In this document: one piece after another, positions 50,870-62,436 of the stretch | Layout of the letters: every line of letters begins with the position of its first letter | Numbering within the stretch: the first letter of the stretch is position 1 | Source: Chiloscyllium plagiosum | Taxonomy: Eukaryota | Length of the DNA: 64,000 nucleotides | Assembly (NCBI RefSeq): GCF_004010195.1 | Contig: NC_057720.1 | Coordinates: 9,494,244-9,558,243 of the forward strand | Direction: 5' to 3' | The notes under the pieces: generated by a model | The model's input: the letters and a program-made list of their open reading frames with translations, nothing else | Told to the model about the DNA's origin: nothing | The model's database searches: none | Translations under genes and position numbers: made by a program

Positions 50870-51985
50870 GATAAACATAGAACACAGAGTCATGTCTATG
50901 TAGAACATGATGCCATTCTAAACTAATCTTATCTGTCTGCAGATGGTCCACTATCCCTCTATTCCCTGCCTGTTCATGTTTATGTCCAAATGCCTCTTAA
51001 TCATTGCTATTATTTCTGCTTCTAACACTTCTCCCGGGCAATGCGATCCAGGAACCTACCATCCTCTGTGTAAAAAACTTACTTCACACATCTCCCTTAA
51101 AATTTTCCCCTCTCACTTTAAGCCTATTCCCCTGGTATTTGACATTTCCACTGGGATAAAGACTTCTACTATCCACCTGTCCCTGCCTCTCATCATTTTA
51201 TATAATATTATCAGGTCGCTCCTCAGCCTCTGACACTCTGGCAAAAACAATACAAGTTTGTCCAACCTCTCCTTATAGCTAATACACTCCAATCCAGGCA
51301 ACATCCAGGTAAACCTGCTTTGCACCCTCGCCAGAGCCTCCACATCCTTCCTGTAGTGTGGCCATCAGAACTGCACACAATTCTCGAAGTGCGGCCTAAC
51401 TAAGGTTTGATACAGCTGCAACATGACTTGCCGAATGTTATGCTTAATGCCCTGACCGATGAAGGCAAGCTTGCTGTATGTCTTTTTTATCACTTTACCC
51501 ATATGTGATGCTATTTTCAGGGAACGATGGACTGGTACACAAAGATCCCTCTGTCTATCAATGCTCCTAAGGGCTCTGCCACTTACTGTATATTTTTCTC
51601 TTGTTCTTGAGCTTCTAAATGCATCACTTCACATTTGTCTGGACTAAACTCCTTCTGTCATTTTTCTGCCCATGCCTCCAACTGATCTACGTCCTTCAGT
51701 ATCCACTGACAATCCTCCTCGCTATGCATTACTCCACCAATCTTTGTATCATCTGCAAACTTACTAGTTGGACCAGCCATGTTTTCCTCCAAATTATTTG
51801 TGTGGATCATGAACAGCAGAGGTCCCAAGCACTGATCCCTGTGGAACACCACAAGTGTTCCATTCTGAAAAGCATCCTTCCACCACAACCCACTGTCTCC
51901 TGTGAGTGAGCCAGTGCTGCATCCATCTTGTCAGCTCATCCCTGATACCATGTGACTTCACCTTGTGTACCAACCTGCCACATCT
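50870..51985 (-). mobile_element. CR1 LINE 3' part
   Basis: CGVPQGSVLG; SKFADDTKIGG; ARVQSRFTWMLPGL. Confidence 0.9.
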
Positions 51986-52834
51986 GGTATATAATTCTGG
52001 TTCCAAAATAAGCACTAACATGACACAAGTTTTGTAGGGAATGGCTGGAAAGTGGAGTTGAGGATTATCAGATTAGCTGTGACCTCATTGAATGACAGGG
52101 CAGATGCAAGGGGCTGAATATCCTACTTCTCCTTCGGAATCCTATGGTCTTCTGGTATAAGTCATATCCAAGCTTCATGGCTGAAAACGTAGCTTCAGAA
52201 ACTTGGCTGCTGTGCAGTTGTCTGCATTGGATCAGACCTGGTTTGCAGACAAAACATGTTCTGTAATTGTCACATTTCAAAACAATAGGGATTCATCAAA
52301 ATTCCGGAAAGAAATCCAGAGACAGCTCATCAATTGGCTTTCAATTATCCCAGTCAATTTGAACTCGTGCAACTGAAGGAGATGTAAGAGAACTATTTGT
52401 AAGAATCAGTACGATGATTTATTACTTTTACCTTTCTTTTGATCGATTACCTTACCTTGTAAATATACCTGAACAAATCCCAGTGTGATGCCATGTACAG
52501 TCAGTCTGTGTGTAGCATTCACTGAATCTGAGAGCCATATAACTTCTCCATTGGCCCCTTCCACCCCTGAATCATACTGATATTTTCCACACACCCAAAC
52601 AAATGCAGTTGACATGCATGTCTAAGGCTTTGATAGTTCCAGATTCCACCGTGCCAATTTTCTTCTTGTCAGTCTCCAGACAACTCTTCATGAATTATAA
52701 CATAGCCAAACTTCCAGTACCTGACTCCACTGCCCAACTCCAGCCTCTTTCGACACTTCTCATTACCCAGTCCACATCCACCGCATTCACTTTCATATCC
52801 TCACCTATTCTATGTGACATCACTCTTCTCAACT

Positions 52835-53172
52835 TACAGAGATTTACAGCACGGAAACAGACCCTCAGGTCCAATTTGTCCATGCTGACCAGATATCCTA
52901 AATTAATCTAATATCATTTGCCAGCATTTGACCCATATCCCTCTAAACCCTTCCTGTTCATATACCCATCCAGATGCTTTTTAAATGCTGTAACTATATC
53001 ACCCTCCACCACTTCCTCTGGCAGCTCAGTCCATACACATACCACCCTCTGTGTGAAAATGTTGCCCTTTAGGTCCCTTTAAAATCTTTCCCCTCTCACT
53101 TTAAATCTATGCCCTCTAATTTTGGACTCTCCTACCCTGGAGAAAAGACCTTTGCTATTCACCCTATCCGTA
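52835..53172 (-). mobile_element. CR1 LINE 3' fragment
   Basis: Reverse of the 2140-2440-type tail. Confidence 0.85.
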
Positions 53173-53584
53173 CCCCACATCTCCAGCATCTTTGGGTTTT
53201 ATGTTCCAGGACATATCCCTCTGTTCTTTGAACGCCCATCGCTGTTGCCTTGCCATTTTGTTCCCACAGAGGTTTCAGGAACCACAGCTCCACACTCTTC
53301 AACACTGTCTCTCAGCCTTGTCAGCCTTGAAGCTTCTATCTTCAGTCAGATCTTCAGGCAGGTCTCCCATATCTCGTTAATTTTTACCCATCATTGTATT
53401 TTATAATACAAAAGGTCCACCCTAATACTCTAACCCACTGATTCAATGCCCACTGTAGCATCTGGTACTGTTTAAATACAATTAATTCGTATCTCTGGAA
53501 TAGACAACTTATTGTGGTAATGATTTCCAGCATCTGCAGTCCTCATTTTTGCTTTTTTTGGTAATGTTGACTATGAAATTAGCA

Positions 53585-55110
53585 CTGATGGTTCAAAGCT
53601 GGGTGGGAGGCTGAACTGTGAGAAGGATGGAGAGGTGATTCAATGTGGTTTCCACAAGTTGAGCCTACTGTGTCCATTGCTCTCGATGTGGTCTCCTATA
53701 CATCAGGGAGACGGGACACCAACTTGCAGAATGTTTCAGAGAACATCACCGGGACTCACACAGTAAACAACCCCACCGCCCAGTGGCCGCTCACTTGAAC
53801 TCTCTCTCCCACTCCATCAAGGACATGTAAGTCCTGGGCCTCCTCCACCACCAAATCCTAGCCATCCAACGAATGGAGGAAGAAAGCCTTATCTTCTGCC
53901 TTGGGACCCTCCAACCACACGGAATCAATGTCGAGTTCACCAGTTTCTTCATCTCCCCTCCCCTCACCTTATCCAATCCTCCAATCCGGCACCACTCTCT
54001 TGAACTGTCCTACCTATCCATCTTCCTTCCACCTATCCATTACACCCTCCTCTCCGACCTATCACCATCACCCCCCACCTTCGTCTACCTATCGCATTCC
54101 CAGCTACCTTCCCGCCTTGCACCCCTTCCCATTTATCTCTCAGCTACCTTGGGCACCCCCACCCTCACATTCCTGATAAAGGGCTTATGCTCGAAACATC
54201 AACTCTCCTGTTTCTCGGATGCTGTCTGATGGCTGTGCTTTTCCAGCACCACACCTTTTGACCGTGATTTCCAACATCTGCAGTGCTCACTTTCTCCTCC
54301 CTGAAGTTGAGTGAGTGGGCCAATGCATGGCAAGTGAAATATAAAGTGGGTAAGTGTAGGTTATCCAATTTGATAGCAATAACAGGAAGGCACGTTATGA
54401 TCTGAAAGGCAAAGATTGGGAAAGGACATGCAACATGCTTTGTGTGGCTGAGTATACCAGTTGTTGAAAGTAATCATGCAGGTATAGAAGGCAATGAAGA
54501 ATGTAAATTGGCCTTCAAAGCGAGACAATTCAAATACAGGAGCATGGCTGCCTTGCTGCAATTATACAGAGTCTTAGTGAGACCACAGCTAGAGAATTGT
54601 CTGCAGTTTTGGTTTCCTTTGCTGAGGAACAATGGAGTGCAACAAAGGTTTCCCAGAATGATTCCTGAGATGGTGAGGCTGATGTATGAAGAGAGGTTGG
54701 ATCAGTTAGGATTATATTTGCTGGAGTTTACAAGAATGATGGGAAATTTCATAGAAAGCTGGTGAATTTTAATAGGACCAGATAGGAAGGATGTTCCTGA
54801 TAATCGGTGAGTCGAGAACCAGGGGGTCACAATCTATGGAAACAGGGTAGGCTATTTAGCACTGAGATGAGGAATTTTCTTTACCCAGGGAGCAGTGACC
54901 CTGTAGAATTCTTCTCCAAAGAAAGCAGTTTAGGCCAATGCATTAATGTTTTAAAGAAAGAATTAGATATCATTCTCAAAGCAAAAGGAATGAAAAGGTA
55001 TGTGGAGAAAGTGGGAAGAGGGTACTGAACTGGATGATCAACCATGATCATATTGAATGTAGAATCAGGTCTGAACGACCAAATAGTCTACTCCTTCTCC
55101 TATGTTTCTT
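53585..55110 (+). mobile_element. Old CR1 3' part, host of the PLE insert at 53664-54303
   Basis: LQLYRVLVRPQLENCLQFWFP; aagttgag on both sides of the insert. Confidence 0.8.
53664..54303 (+). mobile_element. Family A PLE 3' fragment: GIY-YIG endonuclease remnant, UTR, hammerhead region, terminus
   Basis: YCVHCSRCGLLYIRETGHQLAECFREHHRD...PVAAHLNS...EEESLIFCLGTLQPHGINVEFTSF; decayed core ctgataaagggcttatgctcgaaac at about 54173. Confidence 0.9.
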
Positions 55111-55149
55111 GAACCATGGAAATCCAAATGGTGTTATTTGACTCACAAG

Positions 55150-55730
55150 TGTCATTAGGGAAGGAGTTACAAGGTTTTGACCGAGTGACACTGAAGGAGC
55201 AGCAATAAATTAGCACGTCAGGATGGTGACTGTCTTGAAGGGGAATTTGCAGGTGGTAATGTACCCATGTATCTATTCCTCTGTCCCTCTAGTTGGAAGT
55301 TGTGGGTTTGGAAAATGTTGACTGAAATCTTTGATGATTTTCTGCATCTTGTAGATTGTACACACTGCTGCTATTGAGCGTCGCTGGTAGAGGGAGTGAA
55401 TGCTTGTGGATGTAATGCTAATCAAGTAACTTGCTTTTTCCTGGATGGCTTCAAGCTTCTTGGGTGTTGTTGGAGCTGCACCCATCCAGGCATGTGGGGA
55501 CTATTCCAACACACGCCCAATTTGTTCTTTGTAGATAGCAAGTTGGCTTTGCAGTGTCAGGAGGTGAGTTACTCATCGCAGAATTCTCGTCTCTGACCTG
55601 CTCTCGTAGCCACTGTATTTATGTGGTGAATCCAGATCAGCTGATAGTCAATGGTAACCTCCAGGATGTTGATTCAGAGATGGTAATGCCATTGAATATT
55701 GAGGATTTTGGTTAGATTCTCTCTTGTTCT
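55150..55730 (-). mobile_element. CR1/L2-group LINE (second family) fragment
   Basis: WMGAAPTTPKKLEAIQEKASYLI...SLYQRRSIAAVCTIYKM. Confidence 0.75.
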
Positions 55731-55755
55731 GAATCTCCTCCCCTCTCCTTACCAG

Positions 55756-55890
55756 TCATGATTTGGAGACGCCGGTGTTGGACTGGGGTGTACAAAGTTA
55801 AAAATCACACAACACCAGGTTATAGTCCAACAGGTTTATTTGGAATACTAGCTTTCAGAGCGACGCTCCATCTTCAGGTGGTTGATACCA
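55756..55890 (-). mobile_element. Family B single arm with hammerhead motif
   Basis: cac CTGAAGA t GGAGC gtc GCTCT GAAA gc TA gta on the minus strand (about 55846-55880). Confidence 0.85.
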
Positions 55891-56279
55891 GCTTTTTGCA
55901 AGAAGAGGTTTCCATATTTTTCACTGCCCTTGACTATTTCTTGACGTCTGCCCTGATCACCAATAATTTCAATGTTATGTGCCCTTGTTCTGTGCTCCCA
56001 GACCAAAGGAAATAATTTCTATCCGTCTTAACAAATGCTGTAATCATCTGAATTAGCTCCATTAGATCACCCTTGAATCTCTGCTCAAGTGAGTACAAGG
56101 TCAATTTAGGTAGTCTTTCCCTGATAACTAAACCTTTACAGGCATTTTATCATTTTGTTGAATCTTCACAACATCTGAGAACCTTCAAGCCTTGCAGAAA
56201 TTTGTTGCCCTGAACCACCAAGACAGGATCAGGTAAATTCATAGCTTTTAATGCAGACACTTGTTGTAGGTCTGTTATA

Positions 56280-58560
56280 CTGAAGAGAGTGGGTTCTTCT
56301 TACTTACATGTTTAATTGAAATCTGTCCCTTGATTAAATTTTAAAAATATAAACCATAAGTAATAAGTTAGCCTGGAGCACTGTTTTTCAGGGCAAAAAG
56401 ACTGTGCTATTTTCTGGGTCTATAGATTGTGAAGGAGCAAAGATGGCCTTTAGTAAAGTGATGAGCTCTTCCTGTCAGATGTGGGAGTTTAGGGAGAGTT
56501 TCCATGTTACTGATGATTATGTCTGCGGGAAGTGTCTTTGGTTGGAAATCCTATCATATCACATGGATTGGTTGAAATGACAGTTAGAGGCAATGAGGAA
56601 TTTACAGGAAATAGGGGGTGTGAGGGATGGCAATTACAGGAAGGGAGAAATGTCGCAGATGCAGTCAGGTAGATGGGTTAACTCCAGGAAAGGTAGGAGG
56701 GGTAGACAGGTAGTTCAGGAGTCTTCTGTGGCTATCCTCATTTCAAACAGGTATGCTGTTTTGGAAAATGTATGGGGTGATGGACTCTCAGATGAAAATA
56801 GCAAGAATACAGCCAAGTTTCTGGTATCGAAACTGGTTCTAATGCAATGAGGAGTACATCAGGTTCCAAGCGATCGATTGTGATAGGGGACTGTCTGGTC
56901 TGAGGTACAGACAGATGTTTCTGTGGCCAGCAGCGAAAAACTAGAATGGTGCATTGTCTCCCTGGTGCCAGGATCAAGGATGTCTCAGAGAGAGTGTAGA
57001 ATGCTCTCAAAGGGGAGAGGGCCCAGCAGGAGGTCATTGTACACCTTGGAACCAACGACATAGGAAGGAAAAACAATGAGATTCTGAAAGGACAATATAG
57101 AAAATTAGGCAGGAATTTAAAAAAGAGGTCCTCGAGAGCAGTAATATCTGGATTATTCCTGGTGCTACGAGCTAGTGAGGATAGGACTAGAAGGATAGAG
57201 CAGATAAATGCGTGGCTGAGGAGCTGGTATGAGGAGAAGGTTTCATATTTTTGGATCATTGAATCTCTTCTGGGATATAAGTGACCTGTACAAGAAGGAT
57301 GGATTACACCTGAATTGGAAGGAAACTAATATACTGGCAGGGAAATTTGTGAGAGCTGCTCAAGAAGATTTAAACTAGTAAGATGGGAGGGTAGGACCCA
57401 GGGAAATAGTGAGGAAAAAGATCAATCTGAGACTGGTACAGTTGGGAGAAGGAGCGAGTCAAACAGTCAGGGCGGGCAGGAACAAAACAGAGAACAAGGT
57501 AGGACTGATAAATTAAATTGCATTTACTTCAATGCAAGAGGCTGAACAGGGAAGGCAGATGAGCTCAGGGCATGGTTCAGTAAATGGGACTAGGATATCA
57601 TAGCAATTACAGAAATGTGGCTCAGGGATGGACAGGACTGACAGCTTCATGTCCCAGGATACAATGCTGTAGAAAGGATAGGAAGGAGGGCAAGAAAGGA
57701 GAGGGAGTGGCATTTTTAATAAGAGATAGTATTACTGATGTTATTAGGAAGCATATACCTGGGAATACAGCCAGGGAAGTTATTTGGGTGGAACTGAGAA
57801 ATAATAAAGAGATAATCACCTTATTGGGATTGTATTATAGACCCCATAATAGTCAGAGGGAAATTGAGAAAGAAAGTTGTAAGGAGATCTCAGTTACCTG
57901 TAAGACTAATAGGGTGGTTATGGTAAGGAATTTTAACTTTTCAAACACAGACTAAGACTGCCATAGTGTAAAGGGTTTAGATGGAGAGGAATTTGTTAAG
58001 CGTGTACAAGAACATGCGGATGTATGTGGATGTACCTGCTACAGAATGTGTAAAACTTGACCTACTCTTGGGAAATAGGGCAGACTGAGGTGTCAGTGGG
58101 GGAGCACTTTGGGACCAGTGACCATAATTCTATTAGTTTTAAAATAGTGATGGAGAAGGATAGACCAGATCTAAAAGTTGAAGTTCTAAATTGGAGGAAG
58201 GCTAATTTTGGTGGTGTCAGGCAAGATCTTTCAAAAGTTGATTGGGGGCAAATGTTTGCAAGTAAAGGGATGACAGGAAAATGGGAAGCCCTTAAAAATG
58301 AGATAACAAGAATCCAGAGACTGTATATTGCTGTTAGGTTGAAAGGAAAGGCTGGTAGGTGCACGGAATGCTGGATGACTAAAGAATTTGAGATTTTGGT
58401 TGAGAAAAATAAGGAAACATATGTCAGGTATAGACAGGATAGATCGAGTGAATCCTTAGAAGTGTATAAAGGCAGTAGGAGTATACTTAGGAAGAAAATA
58501 AGGAAGGCAAAAAAGGGGACATGAGATAGCTTTGGCAAATACGGTTAAAAAGAATCCAAG
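56280..58560 (+). mobile_element. CR1 LINE 5' half: part of 5' UTR, ORF1 (Cys finger plus SGNH esterase), APE endonuclease
   Basis: SSCQMWE..DDYVCGKC; VIGDCLV, LPGARIKDVSE, HLGTNDIG, DGLHLN; CIYFNAR, LGLYYRP; many stops. Confidence 0.88.
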
Positions 58561-58561
58561 A

Positions 58562-60285
58562 GGATTCTGGGTAATCCAAGATGGAGGACGGGAAAAATTT
58601 CTGGCTGTAACAGCTGCTCCTTTTTTGCGGTATTTCAGGTGCTGGAGGTGATTTCCTCGAATTCCAGGAGCAGCAATTACTGTTTTATAGGCTGTTGCAT
58701 TGTGTTGCAAATTTGGGAAAAAAAGTCAAAAAGTAAAAGGGAGAAGAACAGACAAAGGAAGCACATGGTAAGTGCAGGAGAGAGGGAAAGAAAGAATCTG
58801 ACACCACAGTGAACCTGCACAGTTACTGCCTTTGCTGTTTGAATTCATGGATCGCTGGACATTGGAGTGCATCTGGGAAAATTAACAAACAGTGGAATTC
58901 ACAAGTGACCTTGGAGGAACTGTTTGGGTGAAGTTCACAGCACAGAATCAGATAAGTGGATTGTTGTTTTTAAGTGTGACCTACAGAAAGGCTGCAGCAG
59001 TGAGTAGAGTGGATTCTTTCTTGATTGTATGTTTTTGGAGATATGTCTCTTGATTAAACTTAAAATATAAACTATAATTATTAATTTAACCTGGGGCAGT
59101 GTTTGTAGAGGAATAAGGTGTTATTTTCTGGGTCTGTAGATTGCGAAGAAGCAAAAGTAGCCTTTAGTACAGTGATATGTGCTTTTTGTCAGATGTGGGA
59201 GTTTAAAGAGAGTGTAAGGGTTACTGCGGATTATATCTGCCTTAAATGCTGTTGGTTGCGAATCTTATCAGATCGAATGGATCAGTTGGAGAGACAGTTA
59301 GAAGCAATAGGGAATTTGCAACAGCAACAGTATGTGATGGATGGCAGTTATAGGAAGGGGGGAAAGTCTCAGATACAGTTACATAGATGAGCTAACTCCA
59401 GGAAAGGTAAGAGAGGTAGGCAGCTAGTGCAGGAGTCTTCTGTGGCTATCCCCATTTCAAACAGGTGTGCTGTTTTGGAAAATGTAGGGGGGTGAATGGA
59501 TTCGCAGGGGAATGTAGCATGAACAGCCAAGTATCTGGTATTGAGACAGGCTCTAATGCAACGAGGGGTACGTCGGGTTCCAAGAGATCAACTGTGTTAG
59601 GCGATTCTCTAATCCGAGGTACAGACAGATGTTTCTGTGGCCAGCAGCGAAAAAGCAGAATGGTGTGTTGTTTCCCTGGTGCCAGGATCAAGGATGTCTC
59701 AGAGATGGTGCAGAATGTTCTCACGGGGAAGAGGGGCCAGCAAGAGGTCATTGTCTACATTGGAACCAATGATATAGGAAGGGATAAGGTTGAGATTCTG
59801 AAGGGACATTACAGAGAGTTAGGCAGAACTTTAAAAGGAGGTCCTCGTGAGTAGTAATATCTGGATTACTCCCGGTGCTATGAGGTAGTGAGGGCAGGAA
59901 TAGGAGGATAGAGCAGATGAATGCATGGCTGAGGAGCTGGTGTATGGGAGAAGGATNNNNNNNNNNNNNNNNNNNNNNNNNNNNNNNNNNNNNNNNACTA
60001 ATATACTGGCAGGGAGATTTGCTAGAGCTGCTTGGGAGGATTTAAACTAGGAAGGTGGGGAGGTGGGACCCAGGGAGATAGAGTTCAATCTGAGACTGAT
60101 ACAGTTGAGAACAGGAGCAAGTCAAACAGTCAGGGCATGCAGGACTAATAAATTAAACTGCATTTATTTCAATGCAAAGTACTTAACAGGAAAGGCAGAT
60201 GAGCTCAGGGCATGGTTAGCAACATGGGACTAGGATATCATGGCAATTACAGAAACATGGCTCAGGGATGGGCAGGAAAAGCAGT
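58562..60285 (+). mobile_element. Second CR1 5' part, apparently from the 5' terminus; 40-N assembly gap at 59957-59996
   Basis: CAFCQMWE...DYICLKC; VLGDSLIRGTD, FPGARIKDVSE, YIGTNDIG; paralogous to 56280-57630. Confidence 0.88.
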
Positions 60286-60306
60286 GGACCCAGCACCAAA
60301 GGCTAT

Positions 60307-60343
60307 CCACCTGATGAAGGAGCGTCGCTCCGAAAGCTAGTGG
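60307..60343 (+). ncRNA. Minimal type I hammerhead ribozyme motif, family B (best copy; element about 60290-60395)
   Basis: ccac CTGATGA a GGAGC gtc GCTCC GAAA gc TA gtgg; predicted cleavage after A60339. Confidence 0.8.
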
Positions 60344-60731
60344 CTCCAAATAAACCTGTTGGACTATAACCTGGCGTTGTGTGATTTTTAACTTTGATGA
60401 CCATGAATCCATTGTTGATTGTTTGAAAAATCCATCAGGGAAGGAAACTGTCATCCTTACCTGGTCTGGCCTACATGTGACTTCAGACCCACAGCAACGT
60501 GGTTGACTCCGAACTGTCCTCTGGACAATTAGGGATGGACAATAAATGCTGGCCGAGTCAGTGGCACCCACATTCTCTGAATAAAAAAAAAATCTAATCA
60601 GCTGAGCGACAGTTTTTAGTGTGCCAGTTGCGAAGATTACAGCAGTGTAGCCAATCCCTCTCCAGATTGTAGCACGAAAGGTAACACTTGGAGTAGCTGC
60701 ATTTAGAGTCATAGAGTCATCAAAATGCACA

Positions 60732-60888
60732 GCATCCGAGGAGCAGTAAAATCGATGTTTTGGGCAAAAGCCCTTCATCAGGAATACAAGCCTGTATTCC
60801 TGATGAAGGGCTTTTGCCCGAAACAACAATTTTATTGCTCCTCGGATGCTGCCTGAACTGCTGCGCTTTTCCAGCACCGCTCTAATCT
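60732..60888. mobile_element. Self-inverted family A insert
   Basis: gcccttcatcaggaataca-agcc-tgtattcctgatgaagggc. Confidence 0.88.
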
Positions 60889-61325
60889 GGACTGTAACCT
60901 GGTGTGAGATTTTTAACTTTCTCCACCCCAGTCCGACACAATTAGGGATGGACAATAAATGCAGGCTGAGCCAGAGACACCCACCTCCTCTGAATAAAAA
61001 ATAATCTAATCAACTTAGCTACAGCTTTTAGTGTGCTCGTTACGAAGATTATAGCAGTACAGCCAAATCATTGTCATCATTAGACTTAAGTCCAGGATGT
61101 TTTCTACTGAATTCAAATTCCAACATCAGCCATGGTGGAAGTCAAACCCAGTCCCCAGAACATTACTGAGGTCTCTGGATTAACAGTCCAGCGATAATAC
61201 CACTAAGCTATTGCCTCCCCGACGGGGTGGTTGATTTATAACATAAAAATGATGCCGACAGAAACAAAAATAGAAATTGCTGGAAAAGCTCAGCAGGTCT
61301 GGCAGCATCTGTGGAGAGAAATCAG

Positions 61326-61363
61326 AGCTAACGTTTCGGGTCGAGTGACCCTTCCTCAGAATT
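61326..61363 (-). ncRNA. Minimal type I hammerhead ribozyme motif, family C (arm about 61255-61372)
   Basis: CTGAGGA a GGGTC actc GACCC GAAA cg TT. Stem I is weak in this copy; agtt/aact is seen in the copy at about 62500-62537. Confidence 0.65.
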
Positions 61364-62436
61364 GGTTCCTCAGAGTGATGCCAACAGCATGGATTCAATT
61401 CCTGTACTGACTAAGGTTACTGTGGGGGCCTGGCCTGTGGTGTGATGGCCCTCAGGTTAAGCTATCATCTATTGTTTCTCTTCAGTGTGGGAGTGGGACT
61501 ATGGTGACTTTACCGTCTGATCTCAGTGTGTGGTAGTGTTATTTTGAGTTCAAAAAGACTGACTGCTTGCTGAACAAGAGACCTGAAAGTAATTTTGTCC
61601 GACTGACAAATGTTTTTAAACACCTTTGGGAGAAATAATAAAAAGCAATGTAAAGGAAGATTTCTCTTTCAAGTCAAGATCCTTGTAAATGTCTGACTTG
61701 GTGAATTTAGGGAGAAAATGGAATTATCCTGCTCATTCCTGGGTAATCTTCATTGTCATACCATCAGCTAAATATCAAGCAAATAAAGCCATTAAACCAC
61801 CTTGAGAATAATTGAATGACTCCAGAAAATGGAGTTCAGGCTGTTGTGCTAAAACTCCCTTAGGCTGAAATTATCATTTAATGACCCAGTCCTCATACAA
61901 TGTAAATCTTAGTGCGATCAGGGATCAAGAGATTTCAGCATATCAAAATCCTCAGGTACTTTAAATTCTTTCAATCAGCCACGTCTTTGAAGCCATTTCA
62001 TAAAGAATCTGTTTCCAAAAGCTCAGATCCAGAAGAGCTCAGTCAAAATAAACACCAGGATTTCCGTTTGACAGGAGTGAACAGGCTATGAAACATTCCT
62101 GTGTTAATTCAATGTCTGAAAAAAAACTGAAAAAAAACTGCAGGATGCTGTAAACCAGAAACAAAAGTAGACATTGCTGGAAAAGCTCAATGGATCTGGA
62201 AGCATCGTGGTTGAAACCCTTCAGTGATTCCCTGCCAACCGTGTGAGAACGGACTCATATGCAAGGACAGAAGGAAACACCTCTGTACAACTATCCAGCA
62301 ATTTCCTGGGGGTGTTTATGCTGACAGTTAATCACACTCTGAGTCAGAAAGTCATGGGTTTAAACCCCACACCAGAGACTAGACTCTGCCATCAAGGCTG
62401 ATATCCCGACGGAATGCGGTGTGGGTTACCTGTGGA

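Noticed and set aside
52406..52830. Possible minus-strand exon ending at an AAG|GTAAGG donor-like site (about 52455)
   Set aside because: No recognisable protein similarity and no clear acceptor; left unassigned.
60230..60955. Longest ORF in the track (241 aa)
   Set aside because: Chance read-through across family B, family A, SINE and CR1 pieces.
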